DNA from: a virus
Lineage: Duplodnaviria; Caudoviricetes
Length of the DNA: 64,000 nt
Direction: 5' to 3' (one strand)
Virus record (IMG/VR): IMGVR_UViG_3300011989_000005
Coordinates: 1 to 64,000 of that record
The notes under the pieces are model-generated. The model did not search any database and was not told the origin of the DNA. It saw only the letters and a program-made list of their open reading frames with translations. Shown here one piece after another: positions 48,445 to 57,731 of the stretch (its first letter is position 1; each line of letters begins with the position of its first letter). The position numbers were made by a program, and so were the translations under genes.

Positions 48445-48475
48445 TCAAGGGCAGACATAGATGTTCTGCCCTTGA
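48445..48475. promoter_or_regulatory. back-to-back TGCCCTTG promoter elements
   Basis: TCAAGGGCAGA-N9-TCTGCCCTTGA between divergent genes. Confidence 0.55.
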
Positions 48476-48536
48476 CATCATTTGTCGTTTTAATAATATT
48501 CCGGCATAGCGAAATTACACAATAACGACAAAGTAC

Positions 48537-49046
48537 ATGCTCAGCTGTAAAGAATTTTCACTGGATGACATGATGTCTATCACCGCCATTCCAGTTACCG
48601 ACTACGACCCGGGTGCAGTGTCGGGAATATCATCGACGGACGTTGTCACATGGATGCTTGCTCCCGTTATCCCTAAGGCACAGTTCCTGCCTGTGCTGAC
48701 CAACAGCATCACTATTGGTCAGCAACCGATTGATGCTGACGGCAAACTAATACCTATCATACGGCTAACGGGTAAGGCAAAGGATGATGAGACGGATCAG
48801 GCGGCTGGTCGTCTGCATAAGGTGACGGTAAACTGCCAGGTTGACGAACGCAATCCGCAGGTATGGCTGAGTTTGCTCACATTGGAGCGTACACCCAGTC
48901 ATTTGCTCTTGACCTTCCGCGATCAGAGTCGCGCCTTCGTGCAAGGAAGCAAGGATACCTACCTTTGTACCGTTGACCGTGACGGCGCAAAGATATCAGT
49001 ACAGTTCCGCATAGAGTGTCTGATGGGCATCCAAATGATAGTGTGA
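48537..49046 (+). CDS. hypothetical phage protein
   Basis: 169 aa ORF divergent from tail gene. Confidence 0.7.
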   Translation: MLSCKEFSLDDMMSITAIPVTDYDPGAVSGISSTDVVTWMLAPVIPKAQFLPVLTNSITIGQQPIDADGKLIPIIRLTGKAKDDETDQAAGRLHKVTVNCQVDERNPQVWLSLLTLERTPSHLLLTFRDQSRAFVQGSKDTYLCTVDRDGAKISVQFRIECLMGIQMIV

Positions 49047-49049
49047 TCT

Positions 49050-49571
49050 TTATTCGATAACCGCTCCGTCAAAACCGAAAGCCTCGTCAAGTTCCCTGGT
49101 AATAGAATCTGACTCACTCTGTTGAAGATGTGCAGGAATAGTGGTTGGCTGCAGCAGGTAGGGAGGCAGCCATGCTTCTTCGCTGCGCCCGCCGGGTATA
49201 TCTCGGAATTTCAGGCGCAGGAAGCCATGCCTGTCGCCAACATATTCGCCGATGCGTCCTCCCCAGAGCTCGATGAGCCGGCGCAGGGCGTCGCGGAAGT
49301 CGCTGCGGTTCTCGTAGCCGTGGCTCACGTAGTCGGAGAGAGGAGCACCGTCGAGGTTTTTCCCCACGAGGAAGTAGCCGTTGTGTTTCTCCTCCAACAG
49401 GTAACATTCCTCGTCGTCTCTCAGGCAGAAGCCCCCGCTCTTAAAGTAATATACCGTCTCGTTTAGGTCGTGGACGGTCTCTATCGGTCCGCCAATCTTG
49501 CGGCGGATGCGGTCGCCATAGGTGAATTTGGGGCGGCGATGCTGTGCGGTAGAAAATTCTTCACTCTTCAT
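49050..49571 (-). CDS. hypothetical protein
   Basis: ORF, PKFTYGDRI N-term. Confidence 0.65.
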   Translation of the reverse strand: MKSEEFSTAQHRRPKFTYGDRIRRKIGGPIETVHDLNETVYYFKSGGFCLRDDEECYLLEEKHNGYFLVGKNLDGAPLSDYVSHGYENRSDFRDALRRLIELWGGRIGEYVGDRHGFLRLKFRDIPGGRSEEAWLPPYLLQPTTIPAHLQQSESDSITRELDEAFGFDGAVIE

Positions 49572-50056
49572 TCCTCGCTGTTAGCTTTGTTTGTATAGTC
49601 AAAAACTTTGACAGTCTCTTCCTGCCGCCCGTGCCATGAGCGCTTCTGCTGGAGCAGCAGCGTGAGCAGCAGGTCGTGGGGGTAGTCCTCCTTGACGATG
49701 TGGACGGCAAAGGGCTGCGAGAGGTAGGCCGTCAGCTCTGCCTCCGGTATGGCGGGCAGTGGGGCGGCGGGGTCGTTCATGTCGGCGGGGTGCTGCTGGC
49801 CGACGGCAGGAGCCGAGCGGTAGGCGGCGTAGGCACGGATGCGGGAGAGGGTGTCGGCGAGGGCTTCGGGCTGCGATGATGTCGCAGCAGACTGAACATT
49901 CTCCGCGTCGATGCCGGCAAGGGTCAGCAGCGCGGCGCGGGTCACGTATGCCTCGTGCTCCTGCGGCTTTACTTCGAGGAATCCCTTGGCCTCGTACTGC
50001 TGCAGCATCTTGAAATAGTCGAGCCAGGGCTGGAGGTTAGTTCTCTTCTTTGCCAT
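49568..50056 (-). CDS. hypothetical protein
   Basis: coupled ORF. Confidence 0.65.
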   Translation of the reverse strand: MAKKRTNLQPWLDYFKMLQQYEAKGFLEVKPQEHEAYVTRAALLTLAGIDAENVQSAATSSQPEALADTLSRIRAYAAYRSAPAVGQQHPADMNDPAAPLPAIPEAELTAYLSQPFAVHIVKEDYPHDLLLTLLLQQKRSWHGRQEETVKVFDYTNKANSEE

Positions 50057-50228
50057 GATTGCGGGGTTTGAGGTCTTGGATCACTGCGCCCACGATGATG
50101 AGCGTGAGCAGTTGGGTAACGGCCAGGATACCCACCATCAGACGGACGGGCAGCAGCCAGGCAAGGGTCATCGGCACGGCTATGAGCAGCAGCGCCAGGA
50201 CTAAGTAATTGATGATTTTCTGTGTCAT
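50037..50228 (-). CDS. small 2-TM protein
   Basis: hydrophobic helices. Confidence 0.6.
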   Translation of the reverse strand: MTQKIINYLVLALLLIAVPMTLAWLLPVRLMVGILAVTQLLTLIIVGAVIQDLKPRNHGKEEN

Positions 50229-50360
50229 TGTCTTCTTGTTATTTCTGATTAAAATTCTTGTTGAGTACGCAGCCGCGATTGTTGCAGTCGCGGCGCAGCG
50301 TGAGGCCGCGGTAAGCCTCGCAGTAGAGGTCGGGTTGCATGCAGTTGCCGGAGGTCTGTG

Positions 50361-50615
50361 TCATGTGGTTGGATGTTTTAGAAGGGTGATTTTCTCTCTC
50401 AATGCCTTGATGTTCCTGTTTGGGAACGCAACCCAATTACCAGTAAAAACGCTCTGTGATATTTCGTCAAGCACAGCGTAGGCCCCAGCGCGGAAGTCGT
50501 CTACTCTCTGTAGGTCGATGCCTGCGGTATCTGGAGTATCATCGCCTCGTTTGACGGCGGCATACTCTTTTGCCATTGTTTCAATAGTTTTGATTTCAAT
50601 AGTTTTGATTTCCAT
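50361..50615 (-). CDS. hypothetical protein
   Basis: MEIKTIEIKTIETMAKEY...FRAGA. Confidence 0.55.
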   Translation of the reverse strand: MEIKTIEIKTIETMAKEYAAVKRGDDTPDTAGIDLQRVDDFRAGAYAVLDEISQSVFTGNWVAFPNRNIKALREKITLLKHPTT

Positions 50616-50632
50616 ATTTCTAACGTATTTGA

Positions 50633-51124
50633 TTAAACATTCAGCACCACATACTTTCCCTCGATGCCCGACTGGCGCAGGCGGCGGTCGCACGTCGCGC
50701 CCCATGCCACGAGGCAGGAGCCGAAGAAAGGCGAGCCGGTGGTGCCGTCGGGGCGGATGAAGCGGACGCGGTGCCGCATGAAGATCATCGACGCGGCGGT
50801 GGGGAAGATGACCTCCTGCCAGAGCAGGTTGTCCTGCCGGTTGACGAGCAGGGCGATGCCGTCGCCGTGCCGTGCCATCCGCTCGCAGAACTGGCGGAGC
50901 AGGGCGCGGCTGTATGGCGGGTTCATCCAGACGGTGCCGTGCCACTCGTGGGCGAGTCCGTCGTCCTGCCGGGTCAGCATCGTCGTGGCGGTGGGGAACG
51001 GGCGCACGCTCTCCGGTGCGGCGCAAGGGTCGAGGTCGAAGGGACCGAGCGTGTCGATAAGCCACCGTGGCGTGTACCAGTCGTCGGTGGATGTTGTAGG
51101 GTTATGTTGCTGTCTTGTGTCCAT
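50633..51124 (-). CDS. phage Dam-type N6-adenine DNA methyltransferase
   Basis: DDWYTP, FDLDPCA, DDGL, WMNPPY. Confidence 0.85.
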   Translation of the reverse strand: MDTRQQHNPTTSTDDWYTPRWLIDTLGPFDLDPCAAPESVRPFPTATTMLTRQDDGLAHEWHGTVWMNPPYSRALLRQFCERMARHGDGIALLVNRQDNLLWQEVIFPTAASMIFMRHRVRFIRPDGTTGSPFFGSCLVAWGATCDRRLRQSGIEGKYVVLNV

Positions 51125-51144
51125 AATTGCACTTTCGTTAGGTG

Positions 51145-51489
51145 TTACCAGATGGCCATGTCGGGGAGGTCAGCCCCCTTCTGTTCCCCCTGTAGTGGGA
51201 GGTTTTTATTGGCGGCTGTCCCTCCCCTCCCTACGGGGGAGGGGTCGGGGGTGGGGCTTTCATCCTCCCACCGTCGGTGGTTCAGGTAGCCCTGGGCATA
51301 CATGCGCTGGATGCCCCGTGCCTCGCAGTCCTCGCGGTAGCGCTGGATGCCGGCGATGGCGGCGCGACGGTCGCCCTTCGAGAGCTTCCGCCACGCACGC
51401 TCGGCGGCCACTCGGTCGCGCTTCAGTCCGTATGCGTCCCAGAACTTCTGAAACTCCAGGTCAATAGGTGTTGATGTTTTCTTTGCCAT
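51145..51489 (-). CDS. phage replication-protein C-terminal-like domain with REP insert
   Basis: FQKFWDAY..K...AWRKL...YLNHRRWEDE. Confidence 0.65.
   Translation of the reverse strand: MAKKTSTPIDLEFQKFWDAYGLKRDRVAAERAWRKLSKGDRRAAIAGIQRYREDCEARGIQRMYAQGYLNHRRWEDESPTPDPSPVGRGGTAANKNLPLQGEQKGADLPDMAIW
51175..51258. repeat. REP-like palindrome inside CDS
   Basis: CCTCCCCTCCCTACGGGGGAGGGGTCGGGGGTGGGG. Confidence 0.55.
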
Positions 51490-51519
51490 TCGCTTATATA
51501 TATTATATGTGTGAATACG

Positions 51520-52101
51520 TTATGCGCTCTGCTGCTTGTCCTGCCGTGCTTCCTCGCGCTCCACCTTGCGGCGGTATATGGCCATGCGCTCGCGCAGGTG
51601 CTTGTAGAGCCGGTCGCTCTCCTCGGCATATAGGTCGTGCTTATACTGCGGCATCTTGTCCTGTTCTTCGTTCGCCATGTCCCACAGCATCTTGCGGGCG
51701 GCCCGCAGTTCGGGGAACTTGTCTATCTGTATGCCCACCTTGTTGCGCATCAGCAGCAGGTTCAGGTTGCTGAACGTCGAGTCCATCAGGTCGAGCAGCA
51801 GCGAGATGCCTGACAGCAGCTCGTCGTACTGCTGTCGCTGTTCACCTTGCAGCATCTCGGCTATTGCCTTGATATCCTTGCGGCGGTTCATTTCCCGCTG
51901 CTGCAGCCGCTCCAACTCCTGTTGCTCCATGTAGCGCATCTTGGTCTGCACGAGCTGGTACTTCAGCAGGTCGCGCCGTGGATTCAGCTGTGCCAGTTCC
52001 TTGCTCAGTTTCTTATACTCGCGGTTGTCCTTTACGTTCTCTTGGGCCTGCCGCGTCATGGTCACGAGGTCGAATGTCTCTTGTCTTACGTTGTCTGTCA
52101 T
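51520..52101 (-). CDS. hypothetical coiled-coil protein
   Basis: 193 aa ORF. Confidence 0.7.
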   Translation of the reverse strand: MTDNVRQETFDLVTMTRQAQENVKDNREYKKLSKELAQLNPRRDLLKYQLVQTKMRYMEQQELERLQQREMNRRKDIKAIAEMLQGEQRQQYDELLSGISLLLDLMDSTFSNLNLLLMRNKVGIQIDKFPELRAARKMLWDMANEEQDKMPQYKHDLYAEESDRLYKHLRERMAIYRRKVEREEARQDKQQSA

Positions 52102-52130
52102 ATCGCCTATAATATATTATATGTGTGCGT

Positions 52131-52520
52131 TTAGAATGGCGGGTCGTCCTGCTTCTGTTCCTGCGTCGGCGGGAAGGGAGCGGCTGCGGGCTGGGTCTGT
52201 GCGGGCTGCTGACCGTAGGGCTGTTGCTGATACGGTTGCTGCCCTACGGAGCGGAGCACGTTGTAGCAGCGGACCTCATTGAACCAGCGACCGTTGTACT
52301 CGTGGGCGTCGATGTCGAACTGTATGGTGACGTTCTGCTCGCCCTGCTGAATGTTGAACTGCTTGATGCGGTCTTCACCGAAGATGCGGAATACCATGCG
52401 CTTCGGATACTGCGCCGGCACTTCCAATACATAATCCTGCGACATCCACGGGTTGCCCGTGCGACTTGATGTGCCCGACTGTGCGGGCATCACTTGAATG
52501 ATTGTTCCTGTAAGATCCAT
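52131..52520 (-). CDS. DUF3127-like OB-fold (SSB-like) protein
   Basis: G.S...G.PW..QDYVLE, FDIDAHEYNGRWFN, DDPPF tail. Confidence 0.85.
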   Translation of the reverse strand: MDLTGTIIQVMPAQSGTSSRTGNPWMSQDYVLEVPAQYPKRMVFRIFGEDRIKQFNIQQGEQNVTIQFDIDAHEYNGRWFNEVRCYNVLRSVGQQPYQQQPYGQQPAQTQPAAAPFPPTQEQKQDDPPF

Positions 52521-52526
52521 AAAATG

Positions 52527-53045
52527 CTATTTGTTTCGTTTGGGTTCATTTTTTTTATTACAGCCGTCCATACGACTCATGGCCTTGCCGAGGACGGTGA
52601 CGGCAGCGGCGACCTCGCTGATGGGCTGCTGCTCGTCTAATTTACGTTTTTTCTTGTCCTTCAGAAAGGGCATGAGCTTCTGCTGCTTCGGGTCGTAGGT
52701 GTGCGAGCGGACGATGCCCAGGCGGAAGGCAAAACCCTCCTCTATCTTCGCGCCCCTCGACAACTGCCAGCCGTCTATCATGCAGATGTTGCCCGAGCGG
52801 GAGAGCAGCCAGAGGTCGTAGACGAGCACCGTGCGGTAGGCACCGTCCTCGCCCAGCACGCGCTCCATGAGGCGGTACAGCCATGCGTATTTGCAGGGCC
52901 AGGCGTTGGCCGGGTTGACGGCGCGAAGTCCCGCGTGACTGTTGATAAGCGTGGCGCAGTCGTGGAACGCCTGCACGTTCCGCGCCTGCTCCTCGCTGTC
53001 GATCGAAGTCATCGGGCCAGAGATATAGATACGTTGTTTCTTCAT
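52527..53045 (-). CDS. DUF4406-like (nucleoside deoxyribosyltransferase fold)
   Basis: RIYISGPMT, VNPA, GWQLSRGAKIE. Confidence 0.8.
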   Translation of the reverse strand: MKKQRIYISGPMTSIDSEEQARNVQAFHDCATLINSHAGLRAVNPANAWPCKYAWLYRLMERVLGEDGAYRTVLVYDLWLLSRSGNICMIDGWQLSRGAKIEEGFAFRLGIVRSHTYDPKQQKLMPFLKDKKKRKLDEQQPISEVAAAVTVLGKAMSRMDGCNKKNEPKRNK

Positions 53046-53254
53046 GCCTCGCTGTCCTCCATATAGTCGATACTTACATTGCGGATGATGTCACCCAGCT
53101 GCTCAGCGTCTTTCTTCGAGAGGTCGTCGATGGTGACTTTCTCGCCCTTGCTGTTGGCGAAGATGATATTCATTTCGTTACGGTTCAATACCTGCACCGT
53201 GACCCATGGGTGCTTTTGGTCGTCTCGGTATAGTTCTGTTCTGATTGTTGCCAT
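53042..53254 (-). CDS. hypothetical protein
   Basis: coupled ORF. Confidence 0.6.
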   Translation of the reverse strand: MATIRTELYRDDQKHPWVTVQVLNRNEMNIIFANSKGEKVTIDDLSKKDAEQLGDIIRNVSIDYMEDSEA

Positions 53255-53312
53255 TGTCGTTTTGTTTTATTATCGGCTGTCGCCGAGAAATTAGTTAAAA
53301 ATTAGATTAAAA

Positions 53313-53498
53313 TTATTCTTTCAACTCTTCAATGAGGCTGTTAATCTGGTCAACCATCGTGTCGATGCCCCTGATGTTGTAGGCTTCCTGTATCTTGCGG
53401 ATGACGGCACGGGCACCAGCCATGTAGTGCTCATACGATTTCTTGCCGTGGCCTCGCTGCAAAGAATAGTCGAAAGCCATATCCTTGATTGTTGCCAT
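53313..53498 (-). CDS. hypothetical protein
   Basis: ORF. Confidence 0.6.
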   Translation of the reverse strand: MATIKDMAFDYSLQRGHGKKSYEHYMAGARAVIRKIQEAYNIRGIDTMVDQINSLIEELKE

Positions 53499-53502
53499 AC
53501 GC

Positions 53503-53832
53503 TCAGTCCTTTCCTTTTAGTTTTGCATCGAACATGGCGCTGAGGGCTTCGTCGCCGCGCCCCATCTTGACCATCATCTTTGCCACCATCGTGTTGAAGT
53601 CGTCCGACTGCACCAGCAGCAGGGCTATCAGTGCGAGGTGTTTGATCTGCTGCGACTGGATGGCTGAGATTTCCAGCACCTTGTCGAGCATTCCCTGTTC
53701 CGACCAGCCGCGCTGGCGCAGTTCGGGCAGATTGCGGGCGAACTTGTCGCTCGATGCTATCATGTCGAGGATGTACTTCAGCAGTTCCGACTTGTCCTTC
53801 AGCAGGTTCAGAATGTCTACTTGTTCGTTCAT
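53503..53832 (-). CDS. hypothetical protein
   Basis: from MNEQVD; upstream extension is a REP element. Confidence 0.65.
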   Translation of the reverse strand: MNEQVDILNLLKDKSELLKYILDMIASSDKFARNLPELRQRGWSEQGMLDKVLEISAIQSQQIKHLALIALLLVQSDDFNTMVAKMMVKMGRGDEALSAMFDAKLKGKD

Positions 53833-53857
53833 AACGTTTTCATTTTTACAAGTTACT

Positions 53858-53906
53858 GACCCCACCCCTGCTCCTCCCATACAGGGGGAGGGGCAAGGGT
53901 GGGGTC
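53858..53906. repeat. REP-like palindrome
   Basis: GACCCCACCCCTGCTCCTCCC...GGGGAGGGGCAAGGGTGGGGTC. Confidence 0.6.
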
Positions 53907-53913
53907 TCATTCT

Positions 53914-54378
53914 TTATTCTTCGCTGTCCTCCTCCTTCTTGTACTCGAAAACATCCATCACCTTCGTCTCGGCGATGTTCGACTTCTCGTAGTCTATCAT
54001 CGTGCCGTCCATCACTTCGTTGATGTTCTTGACTGCGCCGTCGAGCGTGGCGGCCTGCACCAGGTAGGTGACGTTGCTGCGCTTCTCCTTGTTGGTCTTC
54101 TCGTCGATGGTGATGAACTGGAGCTTGGCCTTGTAGTAGCGGTCGCTCATCTCCGCATCGTCGAAGAACACCTCCTTGTAGGGTGCCTTCTTCACGTCGG
54201 TGATTTCATACTCGCCGCTGATGTATGCGGACATTTCCTCGGTGATGCGCTGCTCGGCCTCGCTGAAACTGAGGGCATCCACGACATACTGTTCTGTCAC
54301 TTTCTTCTGCAAGCCGTCTTCCATTGTCTTCTCGTAACGAATCTTGCACTCAAACCATGTTGCTGTTTTTGATCTCAT
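53914..54378 (-). CDS. DUF4494-like protein
   Basis: WFECKIRYEK, VDALSFSEAE, IAETKVMDVF. Confidence 0.85.
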   Translation of the reverse strand: MRSKTATWFECKIRYEKTMEDGLQKKVTEQYVVDALSFSEAEQRITEEMSAYISGEYEITDVKKAPYKEVFFDDAEMSDRYYKAKLQFITIDEKTNKEKRSNVTYLVQAATLDGAVKNINEVMDGTMIDYEKSNIAETKVMDVFEYKKEEDSEE

Positions 54379-54431
54379 TGTTTTAAATTTTTTAAGCCCT
54401 CCCTTCCGGTCGGGGAAATTGTTATTAAAAA

Positions 54432-54617
54432 TTATTTATTCTTCACCTTGCCGGTGATAATGTTCTTATACTCTGTCTCGATATACTCTTTCAGCCCATA
54501 GAACGTGCGGCGCTCCATGAGCGATGACGAGACAATCATGCAGCGCAGCGACTCGATGTCCTCGCCGGTGACGATAATCTGCAGTTCGTCGTCCTGCGTT
54601 TTACCAAAATGTACCAT
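54432..54617 (-). CDS. hypothetical protein
   Basis: from MVHFGK. Confidence 0.55.
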   Translation of the reverse strand: MVHFGKTQDDELQIIVTGEDIESLRCMIVSSSLMERRTFYGLKEYIETEYKNIITGKVKNK

Positions 54618-54621
54618 AATG

Positions 54622-55569
54622 CTATCTGTTTTGGGGGTTAAACATACTCCAGTTCTTGCCGACGGCATTGGGATAGTCGTCGAAAATCTTGTGCAGCTCG
54701 TCGTCGTTAAAGAGGCGGTGCTTGCCGGTGCCGCCGATAAAGTCGCGGAAAGATTGCTTCCAGTACACCGTGGCGCGGTCTCGCGTCTGCTGCATCACGT
54801 CCTGCACGAAGGCCAGGCAGCGGGCGGGGTCGTAGGGCTCGAATGTCTTGCCGCCCAGCGTGAAGCCCCGTCGGCATACCTTCGTGTGCTCAGTCATCAG
54901 CCCAATCTTGAAGTGCTGACAGCCCGCGTCGAGCGCCTGCTGTATCATGCGCAGGCTGGAGTCGAAGTCAATGACCGGCTCGATGCTGGCCCAGGTGAGC
55001 CATCCTTCGCCGTTCAGGTATTCCAAAGCGTTAATACGTTTTTGGTTTGACGATGCCAATGGTTCCAAATCGTCGCGTCCCGTTAGCGTAAAACCGATGG
55101 CGAGACGTTCTTGGTAGGTGTTTTTGAATATGACGATGTGCGTCATCCATGAATTGACCTGATAGGCCACTGTGAATAGCTGCACTGACGGATTTTCCAT
55201 TCCGCAAAAGTCAGCGTTTTTTGTCAACAGCGTCACGGGTATTCCGTAGTTCATGGCATCAGCCGCTATTGGGAATGTTAGGTCACACGTTGTCGGCAGG
55301 CACGGGTCACTGGTGAAGGTGAAGAACAGTCCGCCGTCGCGAATAATTTCGTCCTTGTGTTCGATGATTTCGGTCATCGCCAGGTGAAAGGCATGCTCCT
55401 TATTCACCACGCCCTTCTTCAGCACGGGTTGGTCTTGCCCGAGGTATTTGCCCGACGGACCTTTCCGCAGATAGCAGTACTCACACTGGTTGCTGCATCC
55501 GACATACGGGTTCACCGCCCACTTGCCATATTCCTCGGCATTCTTCTTTGGTCTTGATAAGATTTTCAT
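54622..55569 (-). CDS. radical SAM protein (SPL-like)
   Basis: NPYVGCSNQCEYCY, TSDP, LLTK, ASIEP. Confidence 0.85.
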   Translation of the reverse strand: MKILSRPKKNAEEYGKWAVNPYVGCSNQCEYCYLRKGPSGKYLGQDQPVLKKGVVNKEHAFHLAMTEIIEHKDEIIRDGGLFFTFTSDPCLPTTCDLTFPIAADAMNYGIPVTLLTKNADFCGMENPSVQLFTVAYQVNSWMTHIVIFKNTYQERLAIGFTLTGRDDLEPLASSNQKRINALEYLNGEGWLTWASIEPVIDFDSSLRMIQQALDAGCQHFKIGLMTEHTKVCRRGFTLGGKTFEPYDPARCLAFVQDVMQQTRDRATVYWKQSFRDFIGGTGKHRLFNDDELHKIFDDYPNAVGKNWSMFNPQNR

Positions 55570-55573
55570 ACGC

Positions 55574-56008
55574 TTATTTTTTGTTTAGCAGTTCTGGATT
55601 GTCGTAGATGTTGCCGATGACTTCGCCAGCAGCAAACTCATTGTCGAAGAAGTCTGTGATGCCGTTTTTCACATTTCTGGCTATCCATCCATAACAGGCA
55701 AAGCTATCTGTTATATATGGCCGCCCATGCTTGACGATCTGCTCTTTATATCCGAACTCAACCGCGACAATATTTCCTGAAGGCGAGCGGAGAACGTCAC
55801 CCTCATAGATGTCCTTGCCATTTTTGTCTTTAAGGGGTGTGAGCCGACCGACGGTCTCTTCTTTCACGGCAATTTCCCGATACCCTACCTTCCCTTCGTC
55901 GGTGCAGTAACTCTCAATGATAGCGGGCCAGTAGCCTATGCGCTGACGTAAATCGCCATATAGCCATTTGCCGTCTTCGTCTTGCCCTCTGAATGTAAAT
56001 CTTCTCAT
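55574..56008 (-). CDS. YopX family protein
   Basis: FRG, DKNGKDIYEGD, EVIGNIYDNPELL. Confidence 0.9.
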   Translation of the reverse strand: MRRFTFRGQDEDGKWLYGDLRQRIGYWPAIIESYCTDEGKVGYREIAVKEETVGRLTPLKDKNGKDIYEGDVLRSPSGNIVAVEFGYKEQIVKHGRPYITDSFACYGWIARNVKNGITDFFDNEFAAGEVIGNIYDNPELLNKK

Positions 56009-56021
56009 TTTGCTTTGTTTT

Positions 56022-57731
56022 TTATTGGTTCATACTCTTAATTTTCCTGCACAAGGCTTCGCAGAGCACGCGGCTCATGTTCACCTCGACCGCATTGCCG
56101 ATGTATTTCTTCTGCTCGGCCTGCGTGCCGATAAGCACGTAGTCGGTGGGGAAGCCCATGATGCGCTTCAGCTCACCGATGTTAAGCATGCGCATGCAAA
56201 TGTCAACAATGCCGTATGCGGCCATGAACTCCTTCACCTTGCGCGTCCAGGGGCTGTCGCTCTCGTAGATGGCGATACCCACCATGCCCTCCTTGGTGGT
56301 AATCAGGTAAGGCGGCATCTTATCCATGCGGGCTATCAGCGTGAAGCAGGGGTTGTCGATACTGCCGCCGTCGCTCTGATACTGAGGGTTCATCAGGTAT
56401 TGCGCCGACACAATCGTCTGCTTGGGCTTAGTGAGTACGGCGGGGTTTGGCTGTTCAATGCTGGAAAGCTGACCGCCGCCGCTGTACTCGTTGGCTATGA
56501 ACTTCGTACTCACCAGCGAAATCCTGTCCTTTGTGGTGACGGTAGGCGCAGGACTGTCAATCGACGAGTTGAACCCGTTTCCGTAGTATGCCGTCACGAA
56601 GGCATGCCGTCCCTTGGTTGTCACAGTGGTCGCAGGTTCTTCAATACTATGATTATGGTCGGCGCCACCATAATACTCAGTAAGGAACTTTGATGACACC
56701 AGTGCGTGGTGGTCGATGGTGGTCACGGTGCCGGCGGGCTGCTCGATGTCTATGTTCTTGCTGTCGGGGTCGCCGCTGAACTGCTTCGAGAGGAACTGGC
56801 ACTTCACCAGCCCGAGCCTGTTCTGACAAGCCACCGTGGGGCACGGCTCGTCGATGGACGGTGCATTGTGGTGGTTCTGCCGGGTCATCGAGTTGTACTT
56901 CAATATCCACGCCTCGTGCCGCTTCTTGCCTCCCGCCACGAACTTCACCAGTCCGGCATAGATGCGCTCCAGTGTTTTCTCGCAGAGCGGCTTCCGGCGC
57001 ACAAAGATGCTCTCTCCGTCGTCGTCGAGGTCGAGCACTTCGCGCACGGCACGCCACCGCCGGTACTGGTGGAACATGCCGCCTTCGTCGCCGTTCTTGG
57101 CGAAGGTCTGTTCGGGGAACGCTATCGGCAGGCCCCGGCGGGCGAAAAGCCCGAAGAAGCGCTTGCGCGAGGTGTAGGCCCCGAAGTCGGCAGCGTTTAG
57201 CACGTGCCAGTCGAAGTCGTAGCCGTAGGCCTGCACCTGTCTCACCCACCGCAGGTAGTCGCTGCCCTGGTCACGGCTCACGGGCTTGCCGTTCTCGTCG
57301 AGCGCACCCCAGCACATGAACTCCTCCACGTTCTCAATCTGGATATAGTCGGGCTGCAGCGCCTCGATGTAGCGGAACAGGTGGTCGGCCAGCGTCCGGC
57401 TGTCGGCATCGCGTGGCTGTCCGCCCTTCGCCTTCGAGAAGTTCGTACATTCCAAACTCGCCCACAGCACCACCTTTGCCTTGGGGTACTGACGGCGCTT
57501 CTTCTCCAGATGCTTCACCATCGGCGACAGCTCCAGCGTGCGGATGTCCTCGGTGAAGTGGAGCGTGTGCGGGTGGTTGGCTTTGTGCGACCTGATGGCA
57601 TTTGCGTCGTGATTGACGCACGCCACCACCTCGGCACACTTCCTGCCGTCCAGCCGCGCATACTCCACGCCGCTCGACGTGCCGCCAGCTCCGCAGAAGA
57701 GGTCAATGTATAGTGCTGTTATTTGTTTCAT
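56022..57731 (-). CDS. DNA cytosine-C5 methyltransferase
   Basis: DLFCGAGG, ASLECTNFS, ENVEEF, R.RFF, IGNAV. Confidence 0.9.
   Translation of the reverse strand: MKQITALYIDLFCGAGGTSSGVEYARLDGRKCAEVVACVNHDANAIRSHKANHPHTLHFTEDIRTLELSPMVKHLEKKRRQYPKAKVVLWASLECTNFSKAKGGQPRDADSRTLADHLFRYIEALQPDYIQIENVEEFMCWGALDENGKPVSRDQGSDYLRWVRQVQAYGYDFDWHVLNAADFGAYTSRKRFFGLFARRGLPIAFPEQTFAKNGDEGGMFHQYRRWRAVREVLDLDDDGESIFVRRKPLCEKTLERIYAGLVKFVAGGKKRHEAWILKYNSMTRQNHHNAPSIDEPCPTVACQNRLGLVKCQFLSKQFSGDPDSKNIDIEQPAGTVTTIDHHALVSSKFLTEYYGGADHNHSIEEPATTVTTKGRHAFVTAYYGNGFNSSIDSPAPTVTTKDRISLVSTKFIANEYSGGGQLSSIEQPNPAVLTKPKQTIVSAQYLMNPQYQSDGGSIDNPCFTLIARMDKMPPYLITTKEGMVGIAIYESDSPWTRKVKEFMAAYGIVDICMRMLNIGELKRIMGFPTDYVLIGTQAEQKKYIGNAVEVNMSRVLCEALCRKIKSMNQ

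Noticed and set aside
50361-51065. 234-aa ORF overlapping the Dam-type MTase
   Set aside because: Upstream part is an alternative frame of the MTase; only 50361..50615 is plausible.
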